NCBI GenBank assembly: GCA_023213395.1
Contig: CM041465.1
Location: 251,789,741-251,853,740 of the forward strand
Direction: 5' to 3'
DNA: 64,000 nucleotides
Source: Cycas panzhihuaensis
Lineage: Eukaryota; Plantae; Cycadophyta
Shown: positions 27,844 to 41,985 of the stretch, in pieces
Numbering within the stretch: the stretch's first letter is position 1
Layout of the letters: each line of letters begins with the position of its first letter
Notes under the pieces: model-generated
What the model saw: only the letters and a program-made list of their open reading frames with translations
What the model was told of the DNA's origin: nothing
The model's database searches: none
Position numbers and translations under genes: made by a program

Positions 27844-29917
27844 ATATAATTACTATAATTAATTGAATAAGGGTCCTCTTAGGAGGATGGATTCTTTGAA
27901 AACCAAAGTGATGTAGGAATCTTTAAAGGAACCAAAATATAACCCAAGCAACTAATAAAGTCTAACCAAGTAATTAACCTTTTTTACTCTATTATTGATG
28001 CCATGAATGAGTTTTAAAGTGGCAGTGAAGTGTATAAATTACAATAGGCATTTTCCACACTTGTACTTATCCTCATAAGCCTACATTAGAAATAAAGAAC
28101 TAGACTAGCTATAATATTTTGGTCTTGATTTTGTCTAATTTGAGTATAACCAATAGATAGTCCCCCCTACTAAATGTGGAAATAGGATTTGTACTTAACT
28201 TATAACTACTTGCATGACATAGTAAGATCTATTTAAAGTTATAACTAACTGTATTGTAGATAATGAGGGTTCAAATTAAGGATATCATAATCAAAGGCTA
28301 TTGGAAGGATAATAATTAGAGACAATATTATTAAAACTAAAATTCTATAATTTATTAATCTAAAACCATATAATTAATCTTAGCTAAAGAGAGAAAGAGC
28401 ATGTATCCAACTTATATTATAACATTGGTGGGGAAAAATTAGATTCTTTGAAATAAAAAAACATAACTAACTAAATTGGGGGTATGTTCCATGCCATAAG
28501 TATAAACTATGACTAATCAGAGTAACATAAAATATGAAGGGCTCAATGAGTTGGCATATCCTATTTAGTGAGCAAGAAATACAATAATGACTCAAATAAA
28601 CAAGATGTTCTAGAAGAAACCCAAAGTCAAGGTACAATGATGTTATGCTTACAAAGCCATTATAAAGGTGTAGTCTAAATGACAATACATAAAATTCCCT
28701 ACAATAGATTTGGTGTCTACTACCCAAAATTAATTGAAGGACCAAAAGAGATTATTGAGAAAGGATCATCAATAAACTAATTGAACACATAACAATTATA
28801 ATAGATCTAGTATCCACTACCAAATTGAAAGATAAGTTTGATAAATATTTATGTAAGAAATGTAGTTTATGAAAGTGAATTAAAAATGTAATATCTTTAC
28901 ATGATTTCAAGGTTGAATTTATATCGATGAGGCACCTATTCTATGAGAAGTCACAACTATTGATAACTACTGTATTAATATTGATTAATTAGTTGTAAGG
29001 CTTGCAACAAGTCCCTTACCTTTTAAAATGCTTTACCCTCAAAGAATGGGAAGTCTATAAAATGTCCATCTTCTATTGTTGTTAAGATGTCTAAGGCAGT
29101 CACATTATTCTTGTTTTGATAAGTAGAAATTATTGTTACACAATGGATTGACAAGAAGAGATGTAGGTCATATATTATTTTTGCTCGTTAATTTAGGATG
29201 TGAATAGGGTACAACTTTATTGGTTAACTATCTTCATTAAAAGGGGGTGGTCCCATAATGTTATAAGTTATAAACTTGTAAAAGTAGGGATTCAAATGCT
29301 CCTCTAAAATATATAATGGAAAATTCTCCTTATGGTAAATCATATTATTATTCTCATATTATATGGGAAGATCTTGGTTTTGCTCAAACATGCTAAGTTT
29401 ATGAATGTTGTGGTCAACCATGCCAAGATTGTGAATTTTAGAGAGAAGAATGTTGATATTGTCATTTAAAATTTTACCTTAGGCAAGAGAAATTCCCATC
29501 TTATTATTTAAGCATTCTTCTTATATTGTGGGTAGCAAGTTGCATTTCTTGCTAATATATAGTTCTAAGGGGATCATAATATTATTTAGTAGAGATATAA
29601 ATGAACTAAGGTCCTTAATATCCTCATCAAAAGTTTATGAAAGTGGAAAATTGGCCTAGTCATTATTGTAGCTATGGTTGTTAAGAGACTTAGGAGTTTC
29701 TGGTCTAAGGTCATCTTGTTCTAATGTAAGTTTTTAGAGGACATTTTCCCATTTCATCCATTATATAATTGCATCGAGATGAGCATTGATGTCATTGCCA
29801 GAGTATCCTTTATTTATGATTCTTAAGCTAAAGTACAGTAGAGGGGTCACCTCTCAAATAGATATACCACATTGATTCTAATTGCCATTGTACTCTTGGT
29901 ATGGTTGTTGTGCTCTT

Positions 29918-32900
29918 TGTTAGAATATATCACATATCAACTTATGTTGAATGTGTACATGTTATGTATGGATAATATTGATGCAATATTATAATGAGCT
30001 AATAGATGTAAACCTATTTATTTGAGAATATAGATCTAATTTACATTGTCTTGTACAACACTTCAGATTTATCAAAAATATGATCTAATATCATTTTGGT
30101 GGGTTTCCACTTGCAAGGGTTTCCCATGTCAAATCTAGTGTCCCATGTGCATTTGTTCTATTTGGACCTATTGTGTGTTAAATATTTTGTCATCCTATTT
30201 GTATAGAGGTGTTTCTTGACATAGTATTAGAGATGCAAGAGGTGCACAAGTAGATGACCATTGTCTAGATCATCCAATCATTGGTGCCAGGTTATGTTAG
30301 CTTACTTAGGGAGGATTGGCTTATGTAATGACTGATAGAACTACCACAAACGTGCAAATGATTATGTGAGAATTCCAGAAGCCTTTTGTTCCTTGTTTTA
30401 CAGGTTTTCTAAGACTTATAAAGGTGTGCAAATGAGTAATAGGTGTTGTGAAAGTGTTGGAGCCTCTATTTTTAAATTCGTAGCTTTGGTTAGTCCATTG
30501 CCAATCATTGGTGCATTTTTTGATATTACGAAATGTGATGAATCTATTGTTTGAGGTGCCATTAAGTTTGAAAAGCCATAGAAGTGATTTTAATGTCTAT
30601 TGACTAGTTTAGAGGCGTTTAAGGATACTCATGTGAGGAGAGATGTTGTACGCTTAGTTGTAGATGCTTGTCAGCCCTCTATTGGTGTGAAACAAGTAGT
30701 GGGAGAGTGCAATAGAGTTGTAAGTGATAAATACAATTTCATACATAAAGGTGTGCTATTATATTATGTTGCTCATATTATATTTAATCATTCATCATTA
30801 TATATTTGCATGTATATATTGGATCTGCATAATGATATTAATTATCTATTGTGCTATGTGAATAATATATATATCACCCATGTGATTATTTTGTCACTAT
30901 GATAGATATACAACCATGTGAATATTTAGATGCTTGTTTGTAATACATTCATCGTGTGATAATGTTTTATCACCTTGTGTATGGTGATGGCTAGTAATTT
31001 TTGATCCTGGTAATATCTTTATTTGTCATTTCATCGACTGGCAAAAATCTAGTCACTCGACCCTGCATGTTAAATTTTCACCGCTATAATATATTTATGT
31101 TAATATATTGAGTTACCCAACTAGATTATTGCATTGAGTTTGATTTCAGTTGTGCAATGATTAATTTGCCGACCTTTGATATATTCACTTGCCAAGGTTT
31201 AATGATATGTATATCACCCATATGCTAAAGTCGTTTAACATATAAAGTCGCTTTTGCATATTTGGTTTATATGAAGGTACCTTTGATTGCCATCATTATT
31301 TTATTTTTTGTGTTTCCAAATTTAATCACCCTTGATAATCATGAAGTCGCCTAAATGGAGTATATTGACTTAATGTAAAGACAATTATAATATAGATGTC
31401 ATTTTTAACCATCATGTTACTCAATTATCCTTTGTTTCAATGTCTGATTTAATACTTGATTTAAGTGGGTACTTTGCAATGAATTATTAAAGTGGCATGC
31501 ATACATTAACGATTTGATTTAATGGTGTTATGAGGCATTGAGATGTGGCAATGTTTGTATGATGATTTAAGTGTTGACTGCTTAATGACTATGAGGTGAT
31601 ATAAAGCTCTCTAGCATGTGATTGCACGAGAGAGTGTTTTAGGTGAAGTGAGTGACATGAGGCAATGATATACTGAGTTTGATGGCTAGAGCAGTCAAAG
31701 CAATGAATTATCACTAGTTAACTAGAGGGCAAGAAAGGGCAAAAGAAGGCGAGTTTGGGCATCATTAATAGGTGAGAGAGTTATCTATGTTAGAGTTTAT
31801 ATTTTCTAATTGATAGCAAGGCGATAAGGATGAGCATGATTGAGATACCCAAGTTGCAAGCAAGCAAACTTTGTTTAGTATAGTTATAGATTATTAGATA
31901 TTATAATAAAGTTGTGGTTTACTGATTAAAGTCATGATGTGTTTTATTCAATATATATCAAGGTATTATTATATTAGATATGAATGTGATAAAGAAGTTT
32001 AGAATTTATTGGTTATGGAATGCTTATATAAGTGGTTATCAGTGTTGGTGGACCATTAAACTTTGGGTAGTTAAATTGATATTAGCATAAGAGTTTATGG
32101 TGTATTTGATGCTGGTTCAACATATGTGCATATCTAAACAAGTATGATGTAGAACTGGCAGTGTGTTTGATAAAAATTAAAATGTGAATAGAAAGGTCTA
32201 TGACAAGAAGCTTTAAAATCAATTATGCCTTTATCATGGTATGGTATAGGAGTTGATTGACCCATGTACCCCAGTTAGATTAAGTTGTAGGTACTATGAT
32301 GCAAATGAGAAGGTGTTTAGTACATTATTATGTTTACCTCCTATGTTTTCTAGCAGAAGTTATTATGGATAGTTATTGGAAGGTACCTTATTGAGGTTAT
32401 TTATGGCATATCCCTCATTGTATATTGGACTATTTAGAAACCTCCCATTTGATTCTTGAAGTGTATTAGAGTATAGACATCTTAGATGAAGATTACAGTA
32501 GAAGAATTGTAAGAGTTTGAAGTGAATGGGGCTTACAAACAATGTGATCTGTAGGGGGGAAGCATTGTGATTAGTCTAAATATCAAGCTTGGTTGAGTTA
32601 TTAATGTATCATGTTGAGTGTCATCTGATTATAGATTTTATCTTTCATTTCTTCTCTTTTTCTAGGTTGTTATTTAGAAGGTGTAGAGGTTTGTTTGCCT
32701 AACATTATGTTTGAAACAAAGTAGGACCTGGTGGAAGATTGATGATAAGGAGCTATTACAAGAAGAGACATAGATTGTAACCCCATGTTCCATTAACAAT
32801 TGAAGACCTATAGGATGATTGAAAAAACAAAGATCAACATGCCAGTCAAACTTGTGATAGATATCAACATTCTAGTGAGTGAAGATTCACAGTGAAAAGT

Positions 32901-33836
32901 TGCATTAATGGAGTAATATGTAGGATTTGGGTCCCTTACCTCCCTCAAAGAACCTAGTCAATTTGCAAGTTATAAGACTTGATGCACAAGATTTCATTAC
33001 AAAAAGAAGGATTCAAGTATGAGGAGATTTTTCACGAGTCTCTATGTTATTGGTCTGTTTGATCCTTACTTTTGCAACTTCATATAGTTTAGGGTCACAT
33101 CACATTATATCAGCATTCCTTAACAAAGACTTAAAGAGGAGATTCACATAGCTCAAGTGGCTCAACCTCTTGGTTTAATCAAAGGAAAATAGTTAAAGTT
33201 TATGGATTAAGTATCGAGTGAGAGAGAGCTATATGGTTATAGGGACTATTGGAGCCAAATCTAAAGAATCAAGCATATATGAGGCATAACACCATTACAT
33301 CCGAGAATAGATCAGATTAGGGAAGATGTAAGTTGAAGTTTGTCTAAGTAGAGATCAACATAATGATGTTTTCCCAAGCTCTTACTGAAGATCGCTTTAT
33401 AAACATTTGTGTATATTAGGAGAGGTTATCCTTGAGAGGGGATTTATCAGAAAGGATAAACATAGACCAATCCCTTGGGAAGACTTCATGACCCCACATT
33501 TACATTAAGAGGGGATGTTAGAATATATTGCATACCAACTAATGTTTAATATATGGATACTATATATAGATAATGTTGATGTAACATTATAATAAGTTGA
33601 AGAATATAAACCTATTTATTCAGGGCACTTAAGGATCTATAAATATAAATCTAATGCCCATTGTATTGTATGATACTTTAAATTTATCAAAAATGTGATC
33701 TAATATTATTTTGGTGGGTTTTTACCTATGAGGGTTTCCCACGTCAAATTTAGTGTCCCGCATGTATTTATTTTATCTAGATCTATTATGTGTTAAAGAT
33801 TTTATCGTCCTATTTATATAGAAATGTTTCTTAATA
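29918..33836 (+). mobile_element. Ty1/copia-derived non-autonomous element G (3.9 kb)
   Basis: LTRs 29918-30221 and 33516-33836; decayed PBS TAGTATTAGAG at 30222; PPT AAGAGGGGA before 33516; perfect TSD CTCTT; empty site at ~23348; copia RT remnants at ~32900-33200 (QKEGFKYEEIFS, SAFLNKDLKEEI). Confidence 0.93.
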
Positions 33837-34686
33837 CTCTTGGTAGGACCTCCGATGCAGATAGAAATATATGCAGTGAAGATATGCCACTAGACTCTAT
33901 TGACAGAATGTCACGTTGCACTGACTAAGGCTGATACAAAACTCAAAAATGTGGCTCAATAATGTTTCTAATATGTATGCTAGATTAATATCTAAATTAA
34001 GAGGTCTTGCGACAACTTATTTAAGAATGCCTTGTATTATATAGAATTGGAGGCCTATTATATATACACTTCCTCTCCTCTAATTTAATTAGCAACTCTC
34101 CACCACCTCCACCTCCACCACACATGCCCTAACTATGTTAATAACTAGTCCACTACAAAATTACCATCTTGACATCTGACCACAACTTTAACAAAGATCA
34201 ATAACTCGGTGTCATACTTCTCTCTCATCTTCATATCATTAGATAACAAACTAACCTTTACCTCCATATGCCTTGAAGACAAATCATATTATTGATTTCA
34301 TTAGCAGCAATATGAGAATCCCACCAACTAAATGTAGGAATTATTTTATAAATGTTTCTTTGACCAATATAAAAACACATAGAATCAATCCTTCTTTAGT
34401 TAGCTTAACAAGATTAAATAAATAGCATCGATTGAAACATATACTAAAGAGTTCTAAGCCTTATAGAATTAGGTCTCTTAATCCCTTAATTGGTAAACTA
34501 TCATTGATATATACATGCGTTTGGCTTTAAGGACTCTTAGAGAATCCACATCCATGGAAAACATGGTTAAGGTAGAGTTTATGATAGAATAACTAGTTAT
34601 TTTCTATCAAGATCCTACTTTATACTAGTATTGATGAGTGTCTCACAATGTATTTTAGTATTCTTTTTATTCTATATTATTCATAC

Positions 34687-35739
34687 TGATCCAGGAGGAT
34701 CTACCATATGTTTATAGGATGCGGAAAATTCTAGGCATTGGTATAACTGAAAGAGATATGGCCAAATGGTATCAAAATTATATGAAATTTTGTGTAAATG
34801 GATAAGACACATCCCACTAGATGTGTACAAAAGGTGGGGTTTAGAAAATATCATTTGATTAGAGTTCAAGCCTTGTTTTTGCATAAAAATTAATCCCACA
34901 CCTAGCAGAAAAAATAGAAAATATATATTATTATTATATGAATAGAAATATGGCCAAATGACATCTAAATGAGCTAAAATTTTGAGGAAGTGGAGGATAC
35001 ATACGTTCCTATACGTGTACAAAATTTGAGCTGAATTGGAGTCTGTTAAGGTCAGTTACAAGCCGCAATTTTTAAGAATTACATGAAGGCCACTTGGACA
35101 ACAGAAAAATAGCAAATACATATTATTATTAAATGAATAAAAATGCAGTCAAATGACATCCAAATAAGCTACAAATTTGAGGGAGTGGAGGGGACATGCG
35201 TTCCTATACATGTACCAAATTTGAGCCAAATTGGAGTCCGTTAAGATTTGTTACAGGCTATAATGTTTTAAGAATTGCATGAAGGCCACTTGGACAACAT
35301 GCATTCTGGTGGTTAGTAGTTATACTTGCATGATTGCCACTTGTTAAACATGCAATTTTGGTTTCTTTCTATAAATTGAGCCATACTACAGGTTGTAGAG
35401 GGGGTTCTTGGAGACTTGACTTGGGAAGCATCCTTGGAGAAGCATTTGGAGGGTTGGAGTCCCCCTTATGGTATAATTGTATCATTTATTCCTTGTAATT
35501 TTACCATTCTTTTGCGAGTTGATTTCTCCACTATTAAATGGAGATTTTCATAGTTTAATAAAAGTATTACTCCTCATACTTTTGGATCAATGCTAAGAAT
35601 AAATGATTTGGTGTAGAATTTTCCTTTCATGGGCTCATTGTTATTTTGATGTTATTGAGATTTCTATACTAACTCCCAGGATCTCAAGGAGAAAAGGTTG
35701 ATAATTGACTTCATCACCAACTAAGCTCTTTTTGGATCA
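34687..35739 (+). repeat. 5' LTR of B
   Basis: Direct repeat of 39817-40868; TATAAAT at ~35370; AATAAA at ~35557. Confidence 0.97.
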
Positions 35740-35927
35740 TATTTTGGTATCAGAGCCTGTGATCTTTGTTGTAGGGACTTAAATGGTACAAACAAGGAAA
35801 GGATACAAAGAGAAAGATGAAGACTTTCTTGTGTTGCAATCACCAAGAAGACAAAGAAAGAATCCAAGCACCATGGCTGAAAAAGAAGATGGAGAAATTA
35901 GATTTGAAAAGCTTGAGAAGAATGTAA

Positions 35928-37802
35928 ATGATGAGCCACCTTCTACCTCTAGTCAAAGGAAAAGGTAAAGAGAAGGAATTTGAAGGAGGATCCACATATG
36001 ATCACAACCATGAAGAGGAAGAGGAGGAGACCTTAAAGCACTCTTTTGAAGAAAGCAAGGGTACTTCATCTCATCAACCCTTCAAGGTGGAGGCAAAGTT
36101 GGATATTCCAACTTATGATGGAGAGGTAAATGCTGAAAAGTTGGACCATTGGTTGAATCAACTTGAAACCTACTTCACAATTTATGCTTATAGTAATGCT
36201 CAAAAGCTTTCATTTGCTAGGCTCAAGTTGTGTAAACATGCATTGACATGGTGGAATGCATTTTTGAAGACTCATGATGTATCTTCTTTTTCATGGAGGG
36301 ATTTTAAGAAAATAATAAAGAAGCAATTCTACCCCATAGGTTATGAGGAAGACCAATGGGTCACTTGGCAATATTTATGCCAAGGGAGAGGTGTAAGTGT
36401 CCAAGACTATACTTCTTTATTTTTTAGGCATGGCATGCTACTTGGTATTAATATAGATGAACATGTCACTCTTATGAAATTCATTGGAGGATTACATGAA
36501 TACATAAGGAAGGAACTAAGGCTTTTTAAGGTTCAATCCATTGGAGAAGCAAGTAGGATAGCTATGGCAATAGAAAGTAAAAGCAAGAAATCTACATTCA
36601 TGTCTAAAGATTCTACTTTTACTTCTAATAAGTATGAAAAGAATCCTAAATCACACTCATCTAAAAGGCAAGAAGGAAAGAAGAAAAGAACTAATTTTGT
36701 TAAAAGTTCTAACTATTGTGAGCATTGTGATATTAATGGTCATATTACAGCAAAGTGTTGGAAGTTGCATCCAGAGCTAAAGCCAAAGCATATCAAGGAT
36801 ATGGAATTAAGAAAGAAGGAAAAGGAAAGCACTACTTTCGAGGTGGAGATTCAAAGTGAAGGAGAAGAAGAGAAGGTTACTCTACTTACAAATTATGAAG
36901 ATGATGCTACAAGGGAGGAACTATTTCACTTGAAGCTTCAAGTAGGAAATAGTATGATTGGTGCCATTATAGATCCAGGGAGCCAAAAGAATTTGATCTC
37001 AGAAAGTTTGGTAAAGAGCATTGGGTTGGTAACTACTCCTCACCCTCACCCATATCCTCTTGGTTGGATCCATAAAGATGTGGAAATGCAAATATCAAAG
37101 CAATGTACACTTAAATTTTCCATCACTAATGATTTTGTTGATGAAGTAATATGTGATGTGGTGTCATTAGATGTATGCCATGTTGTGCTTGGAAGTCCCT
37201 ATTTGTGGGATCGAGATGCACTCTTCTATCGAAGGGAGAGAAAGTATCGGTTGATGAAGGATAACAAGGGCTTCATCATAAAGGCCACAAAGAAGCACTT
37301 GGATAAGATAGCATTAATTTCAGCTACTCAAGCAAAAAGGATGATCAATGCATGTGGTAAATTCGTCATCTTAATGGTAAGGAGAAAAGAAGAGCCAAGA
37401 GATGAAGAAGGTCCTTCTACTCACACTCTTCTTATATCACCTAAACAAATGCAACAAATTGAGGAGTTAAAGACAAGGTATGATATTCTATTTCAACATG
37501 TTGATGGGCTTCCACCAAAGAGAAAGATAGAGCATGAAATCACTCTTGTAGGAGATGCACCATTACCTAATGTTGCTTTGTATAGGCACTCCATTGTAGA
37601 GAATAATGAGATAAAGAGGCAAGTTGAGGAGTTGCTTGATCAAGGGGTCATAAGACCTTCATGTTCACCTTGTGGGTCACCAATTGTCTTGGTGCCTAAG
37701 AAGGATGGAGGATGGAGAATGTGTATAGATTTTCGTGCTTTGAATAAAATTACAATTAAAAATCGCAAAAAAAACATGTTGCAGCACCTCTACATGGATT
37801 GA
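35928..37802 (+). CDS. gag-pol: Gag-protease-N-terminal RT polyprotein of B; the true start is probably in ORF 35783-35968, and RT is truncated
   Basis: [14 protein letters not shown] gag motif, [14 protein letters not shown] knuckle, IIDPGSQKN protease, [27 protein letters not shown] start. Confidence 0.9.
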   Translation: MMSHLLPLVKGKGKEKEFEGGSTYDHNHEEEEEETLKHSFEESKGTSSHQPFKVEAKLDIPTYDGEVNAEKLDHWLNQLETYFTIYAYSNAQKLSFARLKLCKHALTWWNAFLKTHDVSSFSWRDFKKIIKKQFYPIGYEEDQWVTWQYLCQGRGVSVQDYTSLFFRHGMLLGINIDEHVTLMKFIGGLHEYIRKELRLFKVQSIGEASRIAMAIESKSKKSTFMSKDSTFTSNKYEKNPKSHSSKRQEGKKKRTNFVKSSNYCEHCDINGHITAKCWKLHPELKPKHIKDMELRKKEKESTTFEVEIQSEGEEEKVTLLTNYEDDATREELFHLKLQVGNSMIGAIIDPGSQKNLISESLVKSIGLVTTPHPHPYPLGWIHKDVEMQISKQCTLKFSITNDFVDEVICDVVSLDVCHVVLGSPYLWDRDALFYRRERKYRLMKDNKGFIIKATKKHLDKIALISATQAKRMINACGKFVILMVRRKEEPRDEEGPSTHTLLISPKQMQQIEELKTRYDILFQHVDGLPPKRKIEHEITLVGDAPLPNVALYRHSIVENNEIKRQVEELLDQGVIRPSCSPCGSPIVLVPKKDGGWRMCIDFRALNKITIKNRKKNMLQHLYMD

Positions 37803-39775
37803 CAAAATCTAGTAGAAAGTTTACTTAGGGTTCCAAGGAGGAAGAAGCCTTTCTTCTTTTAAAGAAGAAAATTTGTGAAGCACCGGTTTTGGCAATGCCA
37901 AATTTGCAAAGGCCTTTTGAAGTAGAAGCTGATGCAAGTGGAAATGCGATGGGAACTATCCTTATTCAAGATGGGAAGCCCATTGCTTACCATTCGGAAG
38001 TCTTCACCCCTCAAGTGAAGAACTACCCAACATATGATCAAGAAATGTTCGCACTTCATCAAGCATGCAAGCATTGGAGGTCATACTTGCTCGGAAAAGA
38101 GGTTGTAGTTCATACCGATCATAAGCCTCTTCAATTTTTATAAACTCAAAGTAAATTATAGCAAGCAAGACACATGAAGTGGATGAGTTATTTACAACAA
38201 TTCAATATTATAATTAAGTACAAAAAGGGATCTAATAACAAAATTGTTGATATGTTATCTAGACCACCTTATTCCACTTCTTCTTCTACTTTTGTTCGTA
38301 GTTCTCTTATGAGTTTGCAGGTGGAACCAATGCATCATGAAGAGGACAAAGACTTGTACCATGAAGATGAAGCTTTGAAGGAAGAATTAGAGAACCTAGC
38401 GAAAGGAAGACCTTCCCGCAAATTGCTTGGAAGGATGGTCTACTTTTCAAAGGGAGCGACTTTATGTTCCATCAAAAGGAGACAAGATCAAGTGGCTTAG
38501 AAGCCCATACTTCTAAAGTATCGGTCACTTTGGTATAGAGAAGACTTTAGCAAACTTGAGAAGATATGTTGTATGGCCAAAATGCAAAATGATGTAAAAA
38601 ATATATAAAAGGATGTGTAATGTGTAATACTTCTAAGCCTTCTTCTAGAAAATTAGGATTGTATACACCACTTCCTATTCCCACTAGGCCTTGGGAAAGT
38701 ATCTCCATTGATTTTTAGGGGACTTCCATGACTAGGAAGGACATGATTATCTCTTTGTTGTTGTAGATAGGTTTAGTAAAATGATATGTCTAATACCTTG
38801 TAAGAAGACAATCACAGTGCACAGAGCAAATTGAATTATTCTTTGAGCATGTATGGAAGAATTTTGGCTTGCCTTCTTCCATCATTTCAGATCGGGACAC
38901 TCGATTCCTTTCATCATTTTGGAAGTTACTATGGGAGATGATGGATACCAAATTAAAGAGGAGTACAAGTTTCCATCCTCAAACAGATGGACAAACCAAG
39001 TAGTGAATGTAACTTTGGTACATCTATTGAGGGGATACAATTCCAAGCATCCAAAGACTTGGGATGAATCATTGGCTTTTCTACAATTTGCTTTTAATAG
39101 AGCAATGCATGCATCACACTCTAAAGCACCTTTTGAAGTTTGTTTGGGATACTTACCTCAAAGTCCATTTGACTTAGAGTTTTCCATGCAAGCTAAGGAA
39201 GGATCTGTCAAAGAGAAGGAGGGGCATGACAAGGCTTTAAGATACTTGGAGAAGATCCAGAGAGTCTACAAAGAAGTACATGATCAACTTCTAAGGACTC
39301 AACAAAAGTACAAGGAAAGACATGACAAGCATAGACAAGAGTGTACTTTTCAAGAAGGAGATTTAGTATGGTTATACTTGAGCAAGGAGAGGTTAAAAGG
39401 AGAAGGCAAGAAACTCAAACCTATAAGGTATGGACCATTCAAGATTTTGAGAAAAGTAGGTGGAAATGCTTTCCAACTTGATCTTCCACCTTATATGCAA
39501 ATATATTCAGTAGTAAATGATGAATACTTAAAACTCTTTGAGCCCTCCATGCTAGATGAGGAACAGGACCAGTTCACTTTACCTTGATTGATGATTTGTA
39601 TTTGGAAAGTGAGGAGCCTCTCAAGGAAGATTGTATCTTGGAGAGAAAATCTACCAAAACAAGACATAAGACACATGAATCTTTCAGGATTGGAGTAGCA
39701 GGGAAATTGCCTAGTAAGGCCAAGTGGTTTAGTAGGAAACAAGGAGAACAACACTTCCCCCATCTCCAATTCTAA
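37780..39775 (+). pseudogene. pol: RNase H, integrase and C-terminal domain of B, fragmented by frameshifts
   Basis: FEVEADASG...TDHKPL (37889-38143), KWMSYLQQF, RPWESISID, integrase GPF motif (PIRYGPFKILRK), C-terminal tail 39584-39775. Confidence 0.92.
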
Positions 39776-39816
39776 GCCAAACAGGATTTGGCTATTTTCC
39801 AAGGAAGGGGGAGCCA

Positions 39817-40868
39817 TGATCCAGGAGGATCTACCATATGTTTACACGATGCGGAAAATTCTAGGCATTGGTATAATTGAAAGAGATATGGCCAAATGGT
39901 ACCAAATTATATGAAATTTTGTGTAAATGGATAAGACACATCCCACTAGATGTGTACAAAAGGTGGGGTTTAGAAAATATCATTTGATTAGAGTTCAAGC
40001 CTTGTTTTTGCATAAAAATTAATCCCACAGCTAGTAGAAAACACAGAAAATATATATTATTATTATATGAATAGAAATATAGCCAAATGGAATCCAAATG
40101 AGCTACAATTTTGAGTAAGTGGAGGATACATGCGTTACTATACGTGTACAAAATTTGAGATAAATTGGAGTCCGTTAAGGTTAGTTACAAGCCACAACTT
40201 TTAAGAATTGCATGAAGGCCACTTGGACAGCAGAAAAACAACAAATACATATTATTATTAAATAAATAAAAATGCAGTCAAATGACATCCAAATGAGCTA
40301 AAATTTTGAGGGAGTGGAGGGGACATGTGTTCCTATATGTGTACCAAATTTGAGCTAAATTGGAGTTTGTTAAGATCTATTACAAGCTGTAACTTGTTAA
40401 GAATTACATGAAGGCCACTTGGACAACATGCATTCTGGTGGTTAGTGGTTATACTTGCATGATTGCCACTTGTTAAACATGCAATTTTGGTTTCTTTCTA
40501 TAAATTGAGCCCTACTACAAGTTGGAGAGGGGGTTCTTGGAGACTTGACTTGGGAAGCATCATTGGAGAAGCATTTGGAGGGTTGGAGTCCCCCTTATGG
40601 TATAATTGTATCATTTATTCCTTGTAATTTTACCATTCTTTTGCGAGTTGATTTCTCCACTATTAAATAGAGATTTTCATAGTTTAATAAAACTATTACT
40701 CCTCATACTTTTGGATCAATGCCAAGAATAAATGATTTTGTGTAGAATTTTCCTTTCATGGGCTCATTGTTATTTTGATGTTATTGAGATTTCTACACTA
40801 ACTCCCAGGATCTCAAGGAGAAAAGGTTGATAATTGACTTCATCACCAACTAAGCTCTTTTTGGATCA
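39817..40868 (+). repeat. 3' LTR of B
   Basis: Direct repeat of 34687-35739, following the PPT. Confidence 0.97.
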
Positions 40869-41392
40869 CATACTTTAGTATGTAAATAATTCATAATATA
40901 TGTATTCCTCATAAGATACTCACTTAATGGTTATATGGAGTATTCACTACATGGACGATAAGTCTCCCTACATGTAACCAACTAACACATGTATATATAT
41001 AGGTGATGCTTTCCAAGAAGGGCATCAATAGACAAAAACTTCTCATTTTCTCCACTTGTTTCTCAAGTGATCTCTATCATTGCCTCTTATTTAGAATTAT
41101 TAATTATATTAGTTGGTATCAGATCCAATTTGGCTCCTCACATCGAGTTTTCTTTCTATAAAGGATGCAAAAGTCTACTAAAAGGTGTACAAAGAGGTAT
41201 ACAGATCTGTATGAAGTTGTGCAAACCAAAAAAATGAAGTTCTTAGAATTTGATAAAATTTCACTAGTAGGTGCACCATAGTATAGACACCATTTTGTCC
41301 TAAAGGCATGACATCAAAATCTTACTTGAGAAGCAAAAGAAATGCAAAGGAAAAGAAGCACATGTTTGAAGCTTCAACTATAGATTTCTCTC

Positions 41393-41498
41393 AAGTATCT
41401 ATGTCATTTTCTTCAAGATTAGTCTTAATCTCTTCCTTTCAACAAAAGTATCTATGTCATTTTCTTCAAGATTAGTCTTAATATCTTCCTTTTAACAA
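41393..41498 (+). repeat. 53-bp tandem duplication in the leader of A copy 2
   Basis: AAGTATCTATGTCATTTTCTTCAAGATTAGTCTTAAT at 41393 and 41446; single copy in the other A copies. Confidence 0.9.
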
Positions 41499-41985
41499 AA
41501 ACTATCTTCCAAATTTATAACATTTAATTTAGTATATTTTTTATTACAAGCAAAAATCATTATCAAATCATAGTCACCATTCTCCTTTTCAAGCCATATT
41601 TCTCCCAATCCAAAGCTTCCCTTCAAAAACCAACTATAGATTTAGAAAGGCATCAAGGAGATCTTTAAGTTGGACATATTTTGTATTTTTAATTTTTTGT
41701 AATTTTTTATACGGTTATACACTACACAAATTTGTATAGTCTAGAAATTATAGTTTCTCTTCATTTTTCTTCTTTCTTTTCCTGCAAAAGAAAAAAAAAC
41801 ATTGTTTTTATATTCTCTATTTGTATTATGAGAATATAGCCATAAGCTCTCATTTAATAGGTGTACCCAAAAATAATTGTATCATAAGTATATAGTTATA
41901 AGCCCTCAAATATAGGCATACCCTATTACACAAAGTTATAAGCCTTCACATCATTTTATTTTCTCACAATGTCACACAAATAAGA

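Larger units (their letters stand above)
34687..40868 (+). mobile_element. Ty3/gypsy CRM-like element B, relatively young, both LTRs present
   Basis: LTRs 34687-35739 and 39817-40868 (~95% identical by eye); 7-bp inverted termini TGATCCA/TGGATCA; perfect TSD CATAC; PBS TGGTATCAGAGC at 35745-35756; PPT AAGGAAGGGGGAG at 39801-39813. Confidence 0.98.

Noticed and set aside
19045-34631. Duplication as a haplotype or assembly artefact
   Set aside because: The copies differ by many transitions, indels and old TSD-flanked insertions, far beyond what allelic or error-level differences would give.
34681-35022. Repeated minus-strand ORF (also 39861-40151) as a conserved gene
   Set aside because: It is the same LTR sequence seen twice, and the C-termini already differ by a frameshift.
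35783-35968. Programmed ribosomal frameshift at the start of B gag
   Set aside because: The shift is inside N-terminal gag, not at a gag/pol boundary, and I see no clear slippery site; a mutation or sequencing indel is simpler.
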